In this document: one piece after another, positions 1-10,451 of the stretch
Layout of the letters: each line of letters begins with the position of its first letter
Position numbering within the stretch: position 1 is the first letter of the stretch
DNA from: an uncultured Planctomycetota bacterium
GTDB lineage: Bacteria; Planctomycetota; Planctomycetia; Isosphaerales; Isosphaeraceae
Length of the DNA: 64,000 nt
Direction: 5' to 3'
Assembly (NCBI GenBank): GCA_963823665.1
Contig: CAWGMQ010000008.1
Location: 1,184,001 to 1,248,000 of the forward strand
Notes under the pieces: model-generated
Seen by the model: only the letters and a program-made list of their open reading frames with translations
Database searches by the model: none
Told to the model about the DNA's origin: nothing
Made by a program: the position numbers and the translations under genes

Positions 1-1789
1 ATTCGCCGTGGCGGCGCTCGGCGTGATCGTCATCACGATCACGACAAGAAACGGACAGACGAAGATCACAGCAAAGGACGACGTGCCATTCAAGATTGAA
101 ACGCCAGATGTAAGCGTGGAGCACACGCCGGAGCACACCGCCACATCGTCGCGCGCTTCGACCACCCCAAAGGAGTCAAATGGCATGATCCCTCGCAGTG
201 GCGAGCCGGCGCGAAACGCTTGGGTCAATCTTTTCAACGGAAAGGACCTCGATGGCTGGGAGAAGAGGCCCGAATATGGGGGAGGCGAATGGAACGTGAC
301 CGACGGTGTCCTGGAGGGCGGAGGATCGGCCGAAGGCCATGCAACCCTTGTGACGAAGCGGCGTGACTTTAGGGATTTCCGGCTGCGAGTTACATTGATG
401 TATAAAGAACCTTTAGGGACAGGGCACATCCAATTGCGACGGTCCGAAGCGGCTGGAAAGTGGTATGGATACCTGGTCACGGACGGCGGTTGGTGGAACG
501 TAAGGCAGGACGGGCAGCGACAGATCGCCGACCAGGGTTGGTTCCCCGCTATTGGAAGTGTCGCCAAGCACGGCGGGCGCGGCGTCTACGGGCCCTGGGC
601 TCTGCTCTCCAAGCCAGTACCCTACACGTCCCCGCACTGGAACGTTATCGAGGTTACGACTCTGACAAATCGGATATCTACAACGGTTAATGCAATCACG
701 GTCTCAGAATATGTGGACGACGACGAACCCCACGCCTCGGGCAGTATCGCACTGGTTTGCAATGGAACCTGGAACGTCCGAATTCGGTCGGTGGAAATCC
801 AGGAAATTAGGCCTCTCGCGTCCGGTGGCAGCGATGCCGCGCCCATCGGTACGGTAAATGGTTCCGTCGGAACAGAGATGGGCAGCCCACAGGTGCCACG
901 CGCCGACCATGACCGCCGAGTAGTCGCAGTACCGAAGCCGGAATTTGGTCGTGACCCTGTTCAAAGGAAACCGTCCTACGCGTCAGAGCCGGAAGGACCC
1001 ATGGGTGAGAAGGTAAGGAGTCACGGCAAGGCGAGCGCTTTGGATGGGAGCACCGACACCCGAGAAAAGCGTCCTCAGCCCGCCAATCCAGATATCGAGC
1101 GCAGGCTCGAGCAACTGAGAAGACAGGCTGTCGCTCGCATGCTGCACCATATTGAGGTGTTCAGCGAGGCGTATACAGATATAAGCGGGCGCGCCTGGGC
1201 TTATCAAAACTGCTTCCGGGATTTTCAGCCAAGACTCCAAGGGCTGGTCGCGACCATGGAAGCGGGCACAATTCCGGTTGATGAGATGCAAAGCCTAAGC
1301 GTTGAGATGAAGAACCGTAACATATATCTTCTCATGATGTCTGGTTTCGAATCACCCCAGGCCGAGGGGAGAGCCCCTATGGCATGGAAAGACTACGGAC
1401 CGGCGGTTAGAGATCTAGAATGGACGATTTCACAGTTTGGGCAACTGAACCAACAGAACACCCAAGGTGTTGATCCATTTCGAGCCGGTTCAGTGTGGAC
1501 AAGCGAAGGCGGACAACGCCCACGAACGGTGCTCCTGGTTCTGGAGCGGTCCGGCGAGCGATTCAAAGGCAGGTTTGTGACTTCCGATGAGCCGTTGCGA
1601 TTCTTGGAAATCACCGGGACCATCCGCGACCGGCGGGTCTCATGGCTAGGAAAAGATGTGGTTGCAAAAGTGCCGGTGCAGGCTCCAGACCAGTCCGGGT
1701 TAATGAATGGCGAAGTGATAAACATGGAGTGGTCCGGCAACGGCTTACCTGATTCCGGCCGGTATGTGTTGCGACTCTGGAAGGATTAG
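1..1789 (+). CDS. DUF1080 (3-keto-disaccharide hydrolase-like) domain protein, 5' end outside the window; possibly the C-terminal part of a membrane Ser/Thr kinase
   Basis: WVNLFNGKDLDGW...W.V.DGVL...DFRLRV...WN.IEV...GSIAL..VRIRSVEI match DUF1080 motifs; hydrophobic stretch at the window edge. Confidence 0.75.
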   Translation, partial: FAVAALGVIVITITTRNGQTKITAKDDVPFKIETPDVSVEHTPEHTATSSRASTTPKESNGMIPRSGEPARNAWVNLFNGKDLDGWEKRPEYGGGEWNVTDGVLEGGGSAEGHATLVTKRRDFRDFRLRVTLMYKEPLGTGHIQLRRSEAAGKWYGYLVTDGGWWNVRQDGQRQIADQGWFPAIGSVAKHGGRGVYGPWALLSKPVPYTSPHWNVIEVTTLTNRISTTVNAITVSEYVDDDEPHASGSIALVCNGTWNVRIRSVEIQEIRPLASGGSDAAPIGTVNGSVGTEMGSPQVPRADHDRRVVAVPKPEFGRDPVQRKPSYASEPEGPMGEKVRSHGKASALDGSTDTREKRPQPANPDIERRLEQLRRQAVARMLHHIEVFSEAYTDISGRAWAYQNCFRDFQPRLQGLVATMEAGTIPVDEMQSLSVEMKNRNIYLLMMSGFESPQAEGRAPMAWKDYGPAVRDLEWTISQFGQLNQQNTQGVDPFRAGSVWTSEGGQRPRTVLLVLERSGERFKGRFVTSDEPLRFLEITGTIRDRRVSWLGKDVVAKVPVQAPDQSGLMNGEVINMEWSGNGLPDSGRYVLRLWKD

Positions 1790-1857
1790 GTATCGCTGTT
1801 CACTGATAGAAACCCGATTCGTAAATCGCTGGAGTTCTTAATTGTCGCCGATCACCG

Positions 1858-2487
1858 ATGGAACGCACGTCGAGATTGATCCCGCTGCACGCGGGATCGG
1901 GGCCCTTGTGCCTGAGGTCACGGGGCTCGAGATCGTCGCGAAGGCGCCGCCGCCGGCGCACGGCGATTATTGGGTTTATCACTCCGGCGGACCTCAAGCA
2001 TAAGCGCCAGCGGATTGACCGGCTTGATGGGCCGACACTCTTCAATCGACTCATGCGCCGCATTGGCACACTCGCCGAAGGTTATTGCTCCATTCCCGAT
2101 GGGACTCCTCAGCCTGATTACAAAGCCCTGGCCGCAATGGCCGAACAGGTTGTCGTTCGCGAACAAGATGTGCGGCTGCGTGAGTGGGAACGGTTGAGCG
2201 TGCGGCGGGGGATCAAGCATCCGCTGGCTGGGCTGTCTGGGCGGGCACTGGTTACTAATATCGCTGAGCCGCTCTGGCCTTATCTTATCGTTGGGCAGTG
2301 GGTGCATGTCGCGAAGGCGGCTAGCTTTGGGCAGGGGCGGTATTTGGTGGCGCTTCAGCATGAGGATGCGGGAAGGCTGGTGGACGGAGCGGGTCAGGGT
2401 TGTTGTGAGGCGAGCGCCATCGCGCCTGTCGTCAGGCCGCGGCAGGATAGTCCGGGGGTGCTTTCGAGACGGCGGGCGCGGGGATGA
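1858..2487 (+). pseudogene. cas6: Orphan Cas6 (RAMP, CRISPR_Cas6-type) C-terminal fragment
   Basis: FITPADLK...LMRRIGTL...WERLSVRR...GLSGR...LIVGQWVHVAKAASFGQGRY glycine-rich loop; N-terminal half absent. Confidence 0.7.
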
Positions 2488-2739
2488 TAGATAAGATGAT
2501 TGAAAATGCGGGCGCTGGCGCTGGCGATCGGGATAGTTCGCGGCCGAATTGAGAACCGTGCGCTGGCTGAAATCAGCCAGGTGCTTTGGGCTGGTCGGAC
2601 GGGTGCTTTCTACTCTCGGGAGGCCTTCGGTCGCGATCAGGGGGAACGGGAATGCCCCTTCGCGGAGCGACGGGCGACAATGGCGTGTACGGACGCGGAA
2701 AGCGGAATCGAATGCCGCAGGCAGCGCCGTTTGCTGACG

Positions 2740-3346
2740 TCAGAGCACTTCGTCGACCGCGACGACGAGGCCCGGCAGGGCGGCGATGTCGGTGCTTTGA
2801 CCACGCTGTAGCACGCCGCGTTTCCTGATAAGTGCCGTCCGGCCGTGGGCCGCGGTAAACTTCCAGGCAGTTGTCGCGGAGGTTGGCGATCCAGAATTCC
2901 TGGATGCCCGACTCCGCGTAGAGAGGCCGCATGATGTTCCGGTCGTCATCCAGCGATGAGTCGGACACCTCGACGACCAGGAAGATGTCAGCGGGCTCAG
3001 GATGCCTGGTCAGATATCGTTCTTTGGGGGGACGCACCAGGGAGATATCCGGCTCCGGCTCACTGTCGGGAAGGCGAATCGGATCTTGGATGCCGGCGAT
3101 CGCCCTGTCGGCTGCCCGCTGCGTGAGGAGTTGGTTGAACGCTTTGACACAAGTTGAATGCCTAGGTCCGATGGCCATCTTGGGAACGATCTCCCCCCGG
3201 ATGAGTTCCACCTGGTCTCTCTCGGTGAGGGCGCCGAGCCGGATCATCTCCTCGTAGTCGTCGACGGAGTACTTGGTAATGGCCATGAGCGGCTCCAGAC
3301 GCTGGGGAATGCCTGCGCCGTCCCGGTCGGCAAAGGCGCATTCCAT
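2740..3346 (-). CDS. Uma2-family (DUF820) endonuclease, frameshifted near 2810
   Basis: YSVDDYEEM...VELIRGEIV..M.IGPRH...SEPEPDI...LVVEVSDSS...YAESGIQEFWIANL; the C-terminus continues in ORF 2740..2949. Confidence 0.85.
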
Positions 3347-3411
3347 TTTAGTCGTCGCACCGAGCAAGGGCGACATCAAAGCTGATAGTGCCGACGACAC
3401 ACACGTTGAAA

Positions 3412-3680
3412 CCCGCTGGCTGGGCTGACCGGACGCGCACTCGTCACCAATATCGCTGAGCCGCTCTGGCCTTATCTTGTCGTTGGGCAGTGGGTGCATG
3501 TCGGTAAGGCCGCTAGCTTTGGACAAGGGCGGTATTTGGTGGGCTTCAGCATGAGGATGCGGGGAAGCTGATGAACGTCGCCGGTCAGGGTTGTTGTGAG
3601 GCGAGTTCCAACGCGCCGGTCAATGTGGCGCGGCAGAATAGTCCGGGGCTGCTTTCGAGACGGCGGGCACGGGGGCAGTA
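3412..3680 (+). repeat. Diverged direct duplicate of the cas6 3' end (copy of about 2221-2485)
   Basis: ccgctggctgggctg...aatatcgctgagccgctctggccttatctt...gggcagtgggtgcatgtc...gggcggtatttggtg is shared by both copies. Confidence 0.9.
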
Positions 3681-3879
3681 GTTGATTTGGAACGCGTCAG
3701 ATGATCCGTCCGGGCAGTATCAGACTCCGTGCTGGCTGATGTGGGCCAGGTGGTTATTGTGTCGGTTCTCCCTCCGCCCAGGCCCCCACGGCCGCCTGCG
3801 GCGGCACCTCCCCGACAAGGGCGGGAGGAATGCCTGATGCCCCTTCGCGGAGCGAAGGGCGACAATGGGCTCGTCTGTT

Positions 3880-6050
3880 CCCTTAGTCCTTACTGAGTAA
3901 GGTCGCGCGACAAATGTTCAAAACGAACTCGGGCCTGCGTGGAGGACGGAGGACGCAGGACGGAGGACGCCAGGCGATCGTGCGTGGGGGGCGGGAGGAG
4001 ACCTTCGGTCCCGCTCTGGGGGCGGGGTCAGAGACCCGCGCCCAACAAGAGCTTGAGGGCGGAGGGCGGAGGAATCTCACTCGAAATGGACGAATACCAC
4101 ATCTTCGGCGCAAATGGATCGGGGGTTTTGTAGATCATCTAGATAAGAGCCGTGAGTGCGCACGGCGGAGCGGCGCGAAGCAGCAGGGGGGTCAATACGT
4201 CAGGCTGAAAGCCTGACCTACTTTCGAGGACTGAACATGATTCCAACTTTATTGAGCGGCCTTCAACAGGCGATCGCAGGTGGCGATTGGCCGCACTCGA
4301 GAACGGGCGATTTACACTGGTGTACGAATGCATGAGACCCTCGAAAAAGCGCCACTTTGCGCCACAATCCGCCATGTGTGAATGGCCGTAAACGGCGGGC
4401 GATGCCGATCCACAAGTGATATGGGCGCCAAGGGATAAGATGTGATCTCTATGCCGTCTGACGATCGAAAAGACCTCGTGGCGCTGGTCAGCGCAAAAGC
4501 GCCACCTTGAATCTCTTGAGTTGTTCACTATGTTTTCGGACGCCCCGGAAGCGTTTCAGCGAGCCGCAATGTCGTATTGGAAACTCGAGGTAATGCTTCG
4601 GAAACGGTGCCGTTGGGCTCAGTCCTTTTGGCCTTTCAAGCCGCGGAGGGGGATTTGATGAACAACTTCGAGAACGATTGGCGGGATGGATTGAGAAAAG
4701 GTTCCTCGCTGGCGCTTCGGGTTGGTGTGCCGAAGCACCTCCCCCACGGAGCGGGGCGGAATACGTAAATGGACGAATTCCACATCTTGTTGGCAAATGG
4801 AACGGGGGGTTTGTAGATCATTTAGGGTAGGAGCACGCGGTGCGCCGGCGGGGCGGCGCACGAAGCAGGCGGTCAATACGTCTGGCTGAAAGCCTGAGCT
4901 ACTTTCGAGGACTGATCATGATTCCAACTTCGTTGAGCAGTTTTCAACAGGCGACGGTTGATGGCCATTGGCCGCTTCTGAAAACGGGTAATTTACACCG
5001 GCGTCGCGGGCAAGGTTTCGGCTTCGAGTTCGGCCCATCGCTCGCGCATATACCGAGCGAGTGCGTTCCCGTAGTCCTTGTGGCGTAAGGATGCGCGACG
5101 AATGTACAAAACGAACGAGCATCAGGACGGAGGGCGGAGCACGAAGCGAGGAGGGCGCAGGGCGGCGGAACTGAGGCGATCGTGCGTGGGGGGCGGAGGG
5201 AGACCTTCGGTCCCGCTCTCGGGGCGGGGCCAGAGACCCGCGCCCAACAAGAGCTTGACGGCGGAGGGCGGAGGAATCTCACTCGAAATGGACGAATACC
5301 ACATCTTCGGCGCAAAAGGATCGGGGGTTTTGTAGATCATCTAGATAAGAGCCGTGAGTGCGCGCGGTGGGTCGGCGCCGAAGCAGGCGGTCAATACGTC
5401 AGGCTGAAAGCCTGACCTACTTTTGAGGACGGAACATGATTCCAACTTTATTGAGCGGCCTTCAACAGGCGATCGCAGGTGGCGATTGGCCGCACTTGAG
5501 AACGGGCGATTTACACCGGTGTACGAATGCTTGAGCACCCTCCAAAGAGCGCCACTTTGCGCCACAATGCGCCATTCATCGAAGGGCATAGATGGCGGGC
5601 GAATTCGCCCCACAAGTCGAATGGAGATAAGGGTCTATGAAATGATTGCGATGCCTTCTAACGATCAAAAAGACCTCGTGGCGCTGCTCAGCGCAAAACG
5701 CCGCCGCGAATCTCTCGTGCTGTTCACTATGTTTCGGACCCCGAAGGCGCTCCCGTCGGACACCCGGACCGGTGCATCGCGCAAACAGGGCGAGTGGCAT
5801 CGGAAACCGCAGGCGGAAACCCAAGCTGCGGAAACTCAAGCTGCGGAAACCCAAGGCGTTGCTTTGGAAACCCAAGGCGGTGCCGTTGGGCTGAGTTGTT
5901 ATGACCTTTCAGGCCTCGGAGCGGATTGTCAGGAAGAACCGTCGGGGTGGATTGAGGAGTGGTTCCTCGCTGGCGCTTCGGGTTCGTGTGCGCTCGCGAA
6001 CGGTGATCAATCCGGCGTGCTGCCTCGCTGGCGCTTCGGGTTGGTGTGGC
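3880..6050. repeat. Tandem mosaic of a long non-coding repeat (two near-full copies and one partial) carrying several REP-like palindromes
   Basis: About 3975-4550 is similar to 5175-5745; the block aaatggacgaat(a/t)ccacatct...gtagatcat occurs near 4085, 4768 and 5286; GTCAGGCTGAAAGCCTGACCTAC at about 4199 and 5398; CCTCGCTGGCGCTTCGGGTT at 4704, 5965 and 6023. Confidence 0.85.
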
Positions 6051-6389
6051 GGAACGGCGCGTTGGTCGACGGCGCTCCGGCCGGTCACGTCGCATCGCCA
6101 AATCAGCGTCAGGTTTCCACCACGCGAGTTCGAGGCTCCTTGGCCATGACTAAAGTTGCGATTCGCGGTAGACTCCCGCGTCGACTCTGCGGGTCGGACC
6201 GACCGTACGGATTTTTCCGGATATTACGTCAAGTCGAGCGAGCGGTCGGCCGATCGAAGAACGATACACGGTCAAATCCAGACCTGGCGCAGCGTCCTGC
6301 GCCGGGTGACTGGAGGCGATCTTAACCTACCATGCCTTGATCTGCACGGATGCGGATCAGGTGCGGGCTGGGTGTCCTTGATCGAAGGA

Positions 6390-9300
6390 ATGCCCCCGGA
6401 CCGATGCGCAAGGATTCGGCGCAACGTCTTCCTGGTGTTGATTTTGCTCCTTGAAGGTGCAACCGCCGCGATTGCGCGTCAAGATCCCGAACCGAAGAGC
6501 GGTCCAGTCACCGGAGATTGCGTTCGCTTGACCGTCGAAGTGGTCTGGAGCACCTCGAAACCCGACGCAGATCCGTCCCAAGACACGAATACAACTCGCG
6601 AACCAGCAGCCGGGACTGAAGTGATGCTTGAAGTTACGAACGGACGGGTGATTGAGGTGATGAACTGGCCGCCGCCAAACTGGGCGCGGGGCGGCGATGG
6701 CGGGGGCGAATCGCTAGCGAGCAGTCCGATGCCGGCTTCGAAAGGGATGTGGAGTCTGGGCAAGCGAGGCGAGGGGCGGGTGCGGGCCCGGATCGAGGCG
6801 GCGGTGGACGCGAACCTGGTGTTGCGAAGCGATGATCAGGCGATCGGGATGCCGCTCGCGGCCGTGCTCGAGCGTCCGCAGCGCACGCCGCCGCAGTCGC
6901 GGCTGGTGGTGACGGTCGAGCGGCTTCCATGGGATTCGATCGTCATCGATCTGGGAGAATCGGCGCGTGACGGGGTCGTTGCGCCTGGGGCGGTGGTGCC
7001 GGTGTCCGTGGGGTACAACATCATCTGGCCGGAGGCGAGCGAAGTCAGCGTGCGGACGACGGCCGTGCTGCGGCCGCTGGCTGGGGGGGAAGTCCTGTGG
7101 CGCGATGAGCCGCGGGAGGTTGTGCCGGCGAATATGGCCGAGCCGCCATCACGAATCTGGAATGTTCGCGCGCCGTGCGCGGAGGGGACGTACGTGCTGG
7201 AGATCCGGTCGATGTGGGAGCCGGCGACAGCCCGCGACGGATCGCGGCTGGCTCGTTTGATCCGGCGCCGTCGGCCGAGTGCCGTCGCCACCTCGGCGGT
7301 GCGCCGGGTTGCGTTCACGGTGGTCGATCCCGAAGCGCGGGTCGGTGGCATCGCGGTCGAAGGCTCTACACGCGATACCGAGGTAGATTCGGTTGATCTG
7401 TCGCGGTCGCGAAGCCACCGCCCGATTGCCACCGGGCGGGCACCGCTGGCCGGGCCGGGGCGAGCGGAGTGGCCGGTGCCTGCGGAAGCGCTGATCGAGC
7501 CCTCGCGGCGCGATCGATTGCGGGGGTGGTTCACGCGCAACGGCGGGGAGGCGGCGAAGCTCGACGCCGCGGATGCGGGCGGTCTGGCATGGACAGCGCT
7601 TGGGCTCAAGGTCACACGGCCTGACCGCCCTCATCGTCTGAAGGTGCAGATCACGGGTGGCGAACCGTCGGCCCTGGGAGTGGCGCTGGTGGAAACAAAC
7701 AGCGGCGCTCCGGCCTCTGTGCCAAATGGCGGAAGCGCAGTCGTTTCGCCTCCGCGGTTGGTGCTGGATGCGTGCGCTTCCGGGCCGCCGATCTTGCAGG
7801 ATGGGCCGCCGGCGTACTTCGAGTGGCTGGTCTTCCCGCGGTCGGCGGATCTGGTGCTTGTGATGGTCAATCGCAGTCCGGAAGCCGAGGTGCGGGCGGG
7901 CGCGATCACGCTCACCGAAATCGAAGATGCGGGGGCACCGGCGTCGGGACCGCTACGAGTGGCGCGCGGACTGGGGCTGTATCTGACGGGGTCCGACGCC
8001 CTCGATCGATTCGGCAGTCGCCTTGGCTCGAATGACCCGTTGCGAATGGCTCAGAACCTGGTCAAGTACATGGGATATTGCGGCGCCACGGCGGCCGTGG
8101 TACCCGAGGAGTTGACCGAGAGGGACGCGCGCCGGAGCCTCTTCGGGCAAGCGGATGAAGATTCGACTCGACCGGACCGGGTGGAGGTGGTGCGGCGCGT
8201 TCTCGCACGGCAAGGGTATTCTCTGTGGCTCGAGCTGGGGTTCGACGGGCACAACTCGCTGCCGGGGCTGCCGCCGGCCGATTCGGCTGAGGCTTTGCGC
8301 CGGGGATTGGTCCGGCTCGACAGCCAGGGGCGGGCGGATTCGGCGGTCTATCATCCGCTGCATCCGGACGTACGTGGCGCGATGAAGCAGCGCGTAACCA
8401 ATGCTATGAACCAGCTCAAGCCGAGCGAGCCGGGCGGCGGTTCAGGCGGGCTGGTGATTCGACTGGGGCCGGGACCGACCCTGCTGGGCACGCCCGACAC
8501 GGGGGTCGACGACGCGACCTATCGTAAGTTCATTCACGACACGATCGGTCCGGGGGCCACGCGCGAGATGCCGATCCCGGGCGTGGAGAGCACGGATCCC
8601 GGTCGATTCGCGAAACGATCGCGGTATCTGGCGGGGGTCGGACGGATGCCGTGGCTCACGTGGCGAACGAAGGAGATTGCCGCGCTTTACGCCGAGTTGA
8701 ACGATGCGGTGCATGCGATTTCTCCCTCGGCGAGCCTGGCCGTTGTGACACCGGGGCTGGACGGCGGCCCGGCGGGGGACGAGGCGAGGCGAGTGGACCG
8801 AGCGGCCCTGCCGCCGAGTCAGTCGTGGCGCAGCGTCGGGCTCGATCTCAAGCAGTGGCCGAGTGGTCCCGTCTCGCCGCTGGTCGTGCGGGGGACGGCG
8901 CTGTCGAACGAAGCGCTCTCGCATGACCTGGCGATGAGCCCTGATCTCGACTCGCTGGTCGCGTCGCGTCCGCATCGCGGAATGCTGCTGGCAATTGGCC
9001 GTGAAGGTGGGTCGGACGATCTCGGCGGTCGATCGCCGGGGCCGGAGCTACCTGAGGACCTGGCGACTGCGACGAACACGGTGGTTTCCTTGCAGGGGCT
9101 GCGGCTGGGCGCGCTGCCGCTGGGAGACGGCCCGGCGGCGGACGAGCCGCTCGGGCATGCACTTGCCGCTCTCGATTCGCGGTGGGTGTTCCTCGCCGAG
9201 AAGGCCGCCGCGGGCCAGGAAGAGCGGCTGCGCCGGTTCGCGCGCGTGCTCGGCGCGCTGCCGGCGAAGGAGGGGCCGGCCGACGCCTTGGCCAACGCGA

Positions 9301-10421
9301 TTCCGAAGCCGTTCGGCGTCGTGGTGCGCAACCTGGATGAGGCCGACCAGACGTTTCTTGAGATTGCGAATAACTCCCCATACCCAATACGTCTGGCCGG
9401 AAAGCTCGGGGTGCCCGCGGGAGCGGCGGTCGAGGATGTCGGTCGGGGGGTACACCTGGCTCCGATCGCGCGAGCCGACGGCAGCAACCTGGTGCTCGAC
9501 TTGCTGCCGTATGGTGTCGCGGCGATCAAGATCGGTGCGCCGCGGGTGCAGGTTTTGTCGGTGAGTGCTTATCCTTCCGAGGCGGTGATGACATCGATGC
9601 GGGCCCGGTTCAACGAACTCTCGGCGCAGCTCAAGCGGCTCAACCAGGGTCTTTCGGCGGGACCCGCAGAGCCGGCGAACTGCGGGTTCGAGCCAGCGGC
9701 AAGCGTGAAAGAGCCGCTCGCGGGCGGGCCGCTCGTCAAGGTTGCCTCAGCGACGAGCGGGAGCTCGCGCGAGCTGGCCGGCTGGCTGGTCGAGGGTGCC
9801 ACGCGGGGCGAGGCGTCGATCAAGGTCGATCGCGAGAATCCCCATTCGGGGGAAGGGAGCTTGAAGCTCGATGCGTCGGTCGCGCCAGCGTCGGTCATCA
9901 GCGAATCGTTTGTTCCCAACAATCATTCGAGCTTGACGATCGAGGCCTTTTTCCGGGCGTCAGAGCCGGGGACGAAGGTGCGCGTCTGGATTGAGGGAGC
10001 TTCGGGAGGGAAGCCGTACGTCCGTCGGACCGAGATGACCGTGTCGACCGAGTGGGAGGGTAGGGCGGTGCGTGCTTCGGACGTGCCGGCCGGCGGGCTT
10101 GATTCGGCAAGATTGCGGTTCGAGCTGCTGGCACCGGGCAACCTATGGATCGACGACCTGCACATTCCGAACGAGGCGACTTCGCGGTCGGGCACGCTGA
10201 ACGCGCGGCGAACGTTGCTCGAGGCGATTCAAGCTTACCGCGAAGAGCGCTTTGCCGAGTTTGCCCGGCTCTCGAGCTCGCACTGGATCAGGGAATCAAG
10301 GGCAGCCGCGACGACGCGTCTGGCACGGGCAACCGAGCGGAGGCCGCAGGCGGGCGGAGGATCAGCGCGGCAGGGCAGCGCCAATCCTTCTGCCCTTTCG
10401 CCCGACCGTAAGCGCAGGTAG
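6390..10421 (+). CDS. Large secreted protein with a putative glycoside-hydrolase-like TIM barrel and a C-terminal carbohydrate-binding-like domain
   Basis: 1421-aa ORF (probable ATG at 6390) with a signal-peptide-like N-terminus; YHPLHPDVR and WLTWR motifs; ANCGFE...GW...HSGEGSLKL...LWIDDL CBM-like end. Confidence 0.6.
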   Translation: MPPDRCARIRRNVFLVLILLLEGATAAIARQDPEPKSGPVTGDCVRLTVEVVWSTSKPDADPSQDTNTTREPAAGTEVMLEVTNGRVIEVMNWPPPNWARGGDGGGESLASSPMPASKGMWSLGKRGEGRVRARIEAAVDANLVLRSDDQAIGMPLAAVLERPQRTPPQSRLVVTVERLPWDSIVIDLGESARDGVVAPGAVVPVSVGYNIIWPEASEVSVRTTAVLRPLAGGEVLWRDEPREVVPANMAEPPSRIWNVRAPCAEGTYVLEIRSMWEPATARDGSRLARLIRRRRPSAVATSAVRRVAFTVVDPEARVGGIAVEGSTRDTEVDSVDLSRSRSHRPIATGRAPLAGPGRAEWPVPAEALIEPSRRDRLRGWFTRNGGEAAKLDAADAGGLAWTALGLKVTRPDRPHRLKVQITGGEPSALGVALVETNSGAPASVPNGGSAVVSPPRLVLDACASGPPILQDGPPAYFEWLVFPRSADLVLVMVNRSPEAEVRAGAITLTEIEDAGAPASGPLRVARGLGLYLTGSDALDRFGSRLGSNDPLRMAQNLVKYMGYCGATAAVVPEELTERDARRSLFGQADEDSTRPDRVEVVRRVLARQGYSLWLELGFDGHNSLPGLPPADSAEALRRGLVRLDSQGRADSAVYHPLHPDVRGAMKQRVTNAMNQLKPSEPGGGSGGLVIRLGPGPTLLGTPDTGVDDATYRKFIHDTIGPGATREMPIPGVESTDPGRFAKRSRYLAGVGRMPWLTWRTKEIAALYAELNDAVHAISPSASLAVVTPGLDGGPAGDEARRVDRAALPPSQSWRSVGLDLKQWPSGPVSPLVVRGTALSNEALSHDLAMSPDLDSLVASRPHRGMLLAIGREGGSDDLGGRSPGPELPEDLATATNTVVSLQGLRLGALPLGDGPAADEPLGHALAALDSRWVFLAEKAAAGQEERLRRFARVLGALPAKEGPADALANAIPKPFGVVVRNLDEADQTFLEIANNSPYPIRLAGKLGVPAGAAVEDVGRGVHLAPIARADGSNLVLDLLPYGVAAIKIGAPRVQVLSVSAYPSEAVMTSMRARFNELSAQLKRLNQGLSAGPAEPANCGFEPAASVKEPLAGGPLVKVASATSGSSRELAGWLVEGATRGEASIKVDRENPHSGEGSLKLDASVAPASVISESFVPNNHSSLTIEAFFRASEPGTKVRVWIEGASGGKPYVRRTEMTVSTEWEGRAVRASDVPAGGLDSARLRFELLAPGNLWIDDLHIPNEATSRSGTLNARRTLLEAIQAYREERFAEFARLSSSHWIRESRAAATTRLARATERRPQAGGGSARQGSANPSALSPDRKRR

Positions 10422-10451
10422 AATCCGCAGAGCAAATCAAGGAGAATCACG

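Noticed and set aside
1878..1898. Hairpin GATCCCGC-TGCAC-GCGGGATC upstream of the cas6 homology
   Set aside because: Single copy; cannot distinguish a repeat relic from a terminator or REP.
3350..3412. GTTGAAAC abutting the duplicated cas6 fragment, resembling a CRISPR repeat 3' end
   Set aside because: Single 8-mer with no second repeat and no similarity to the array repeat upstream.
5812..5878. 15-bp tandem (GCGGAAACCCAAGCT-like) and ORF 5423..6325
   Set aside because: Short local tandem inside a non-coding repeat mosaic; the ORF crosses REPs and has no recognisable motifs.
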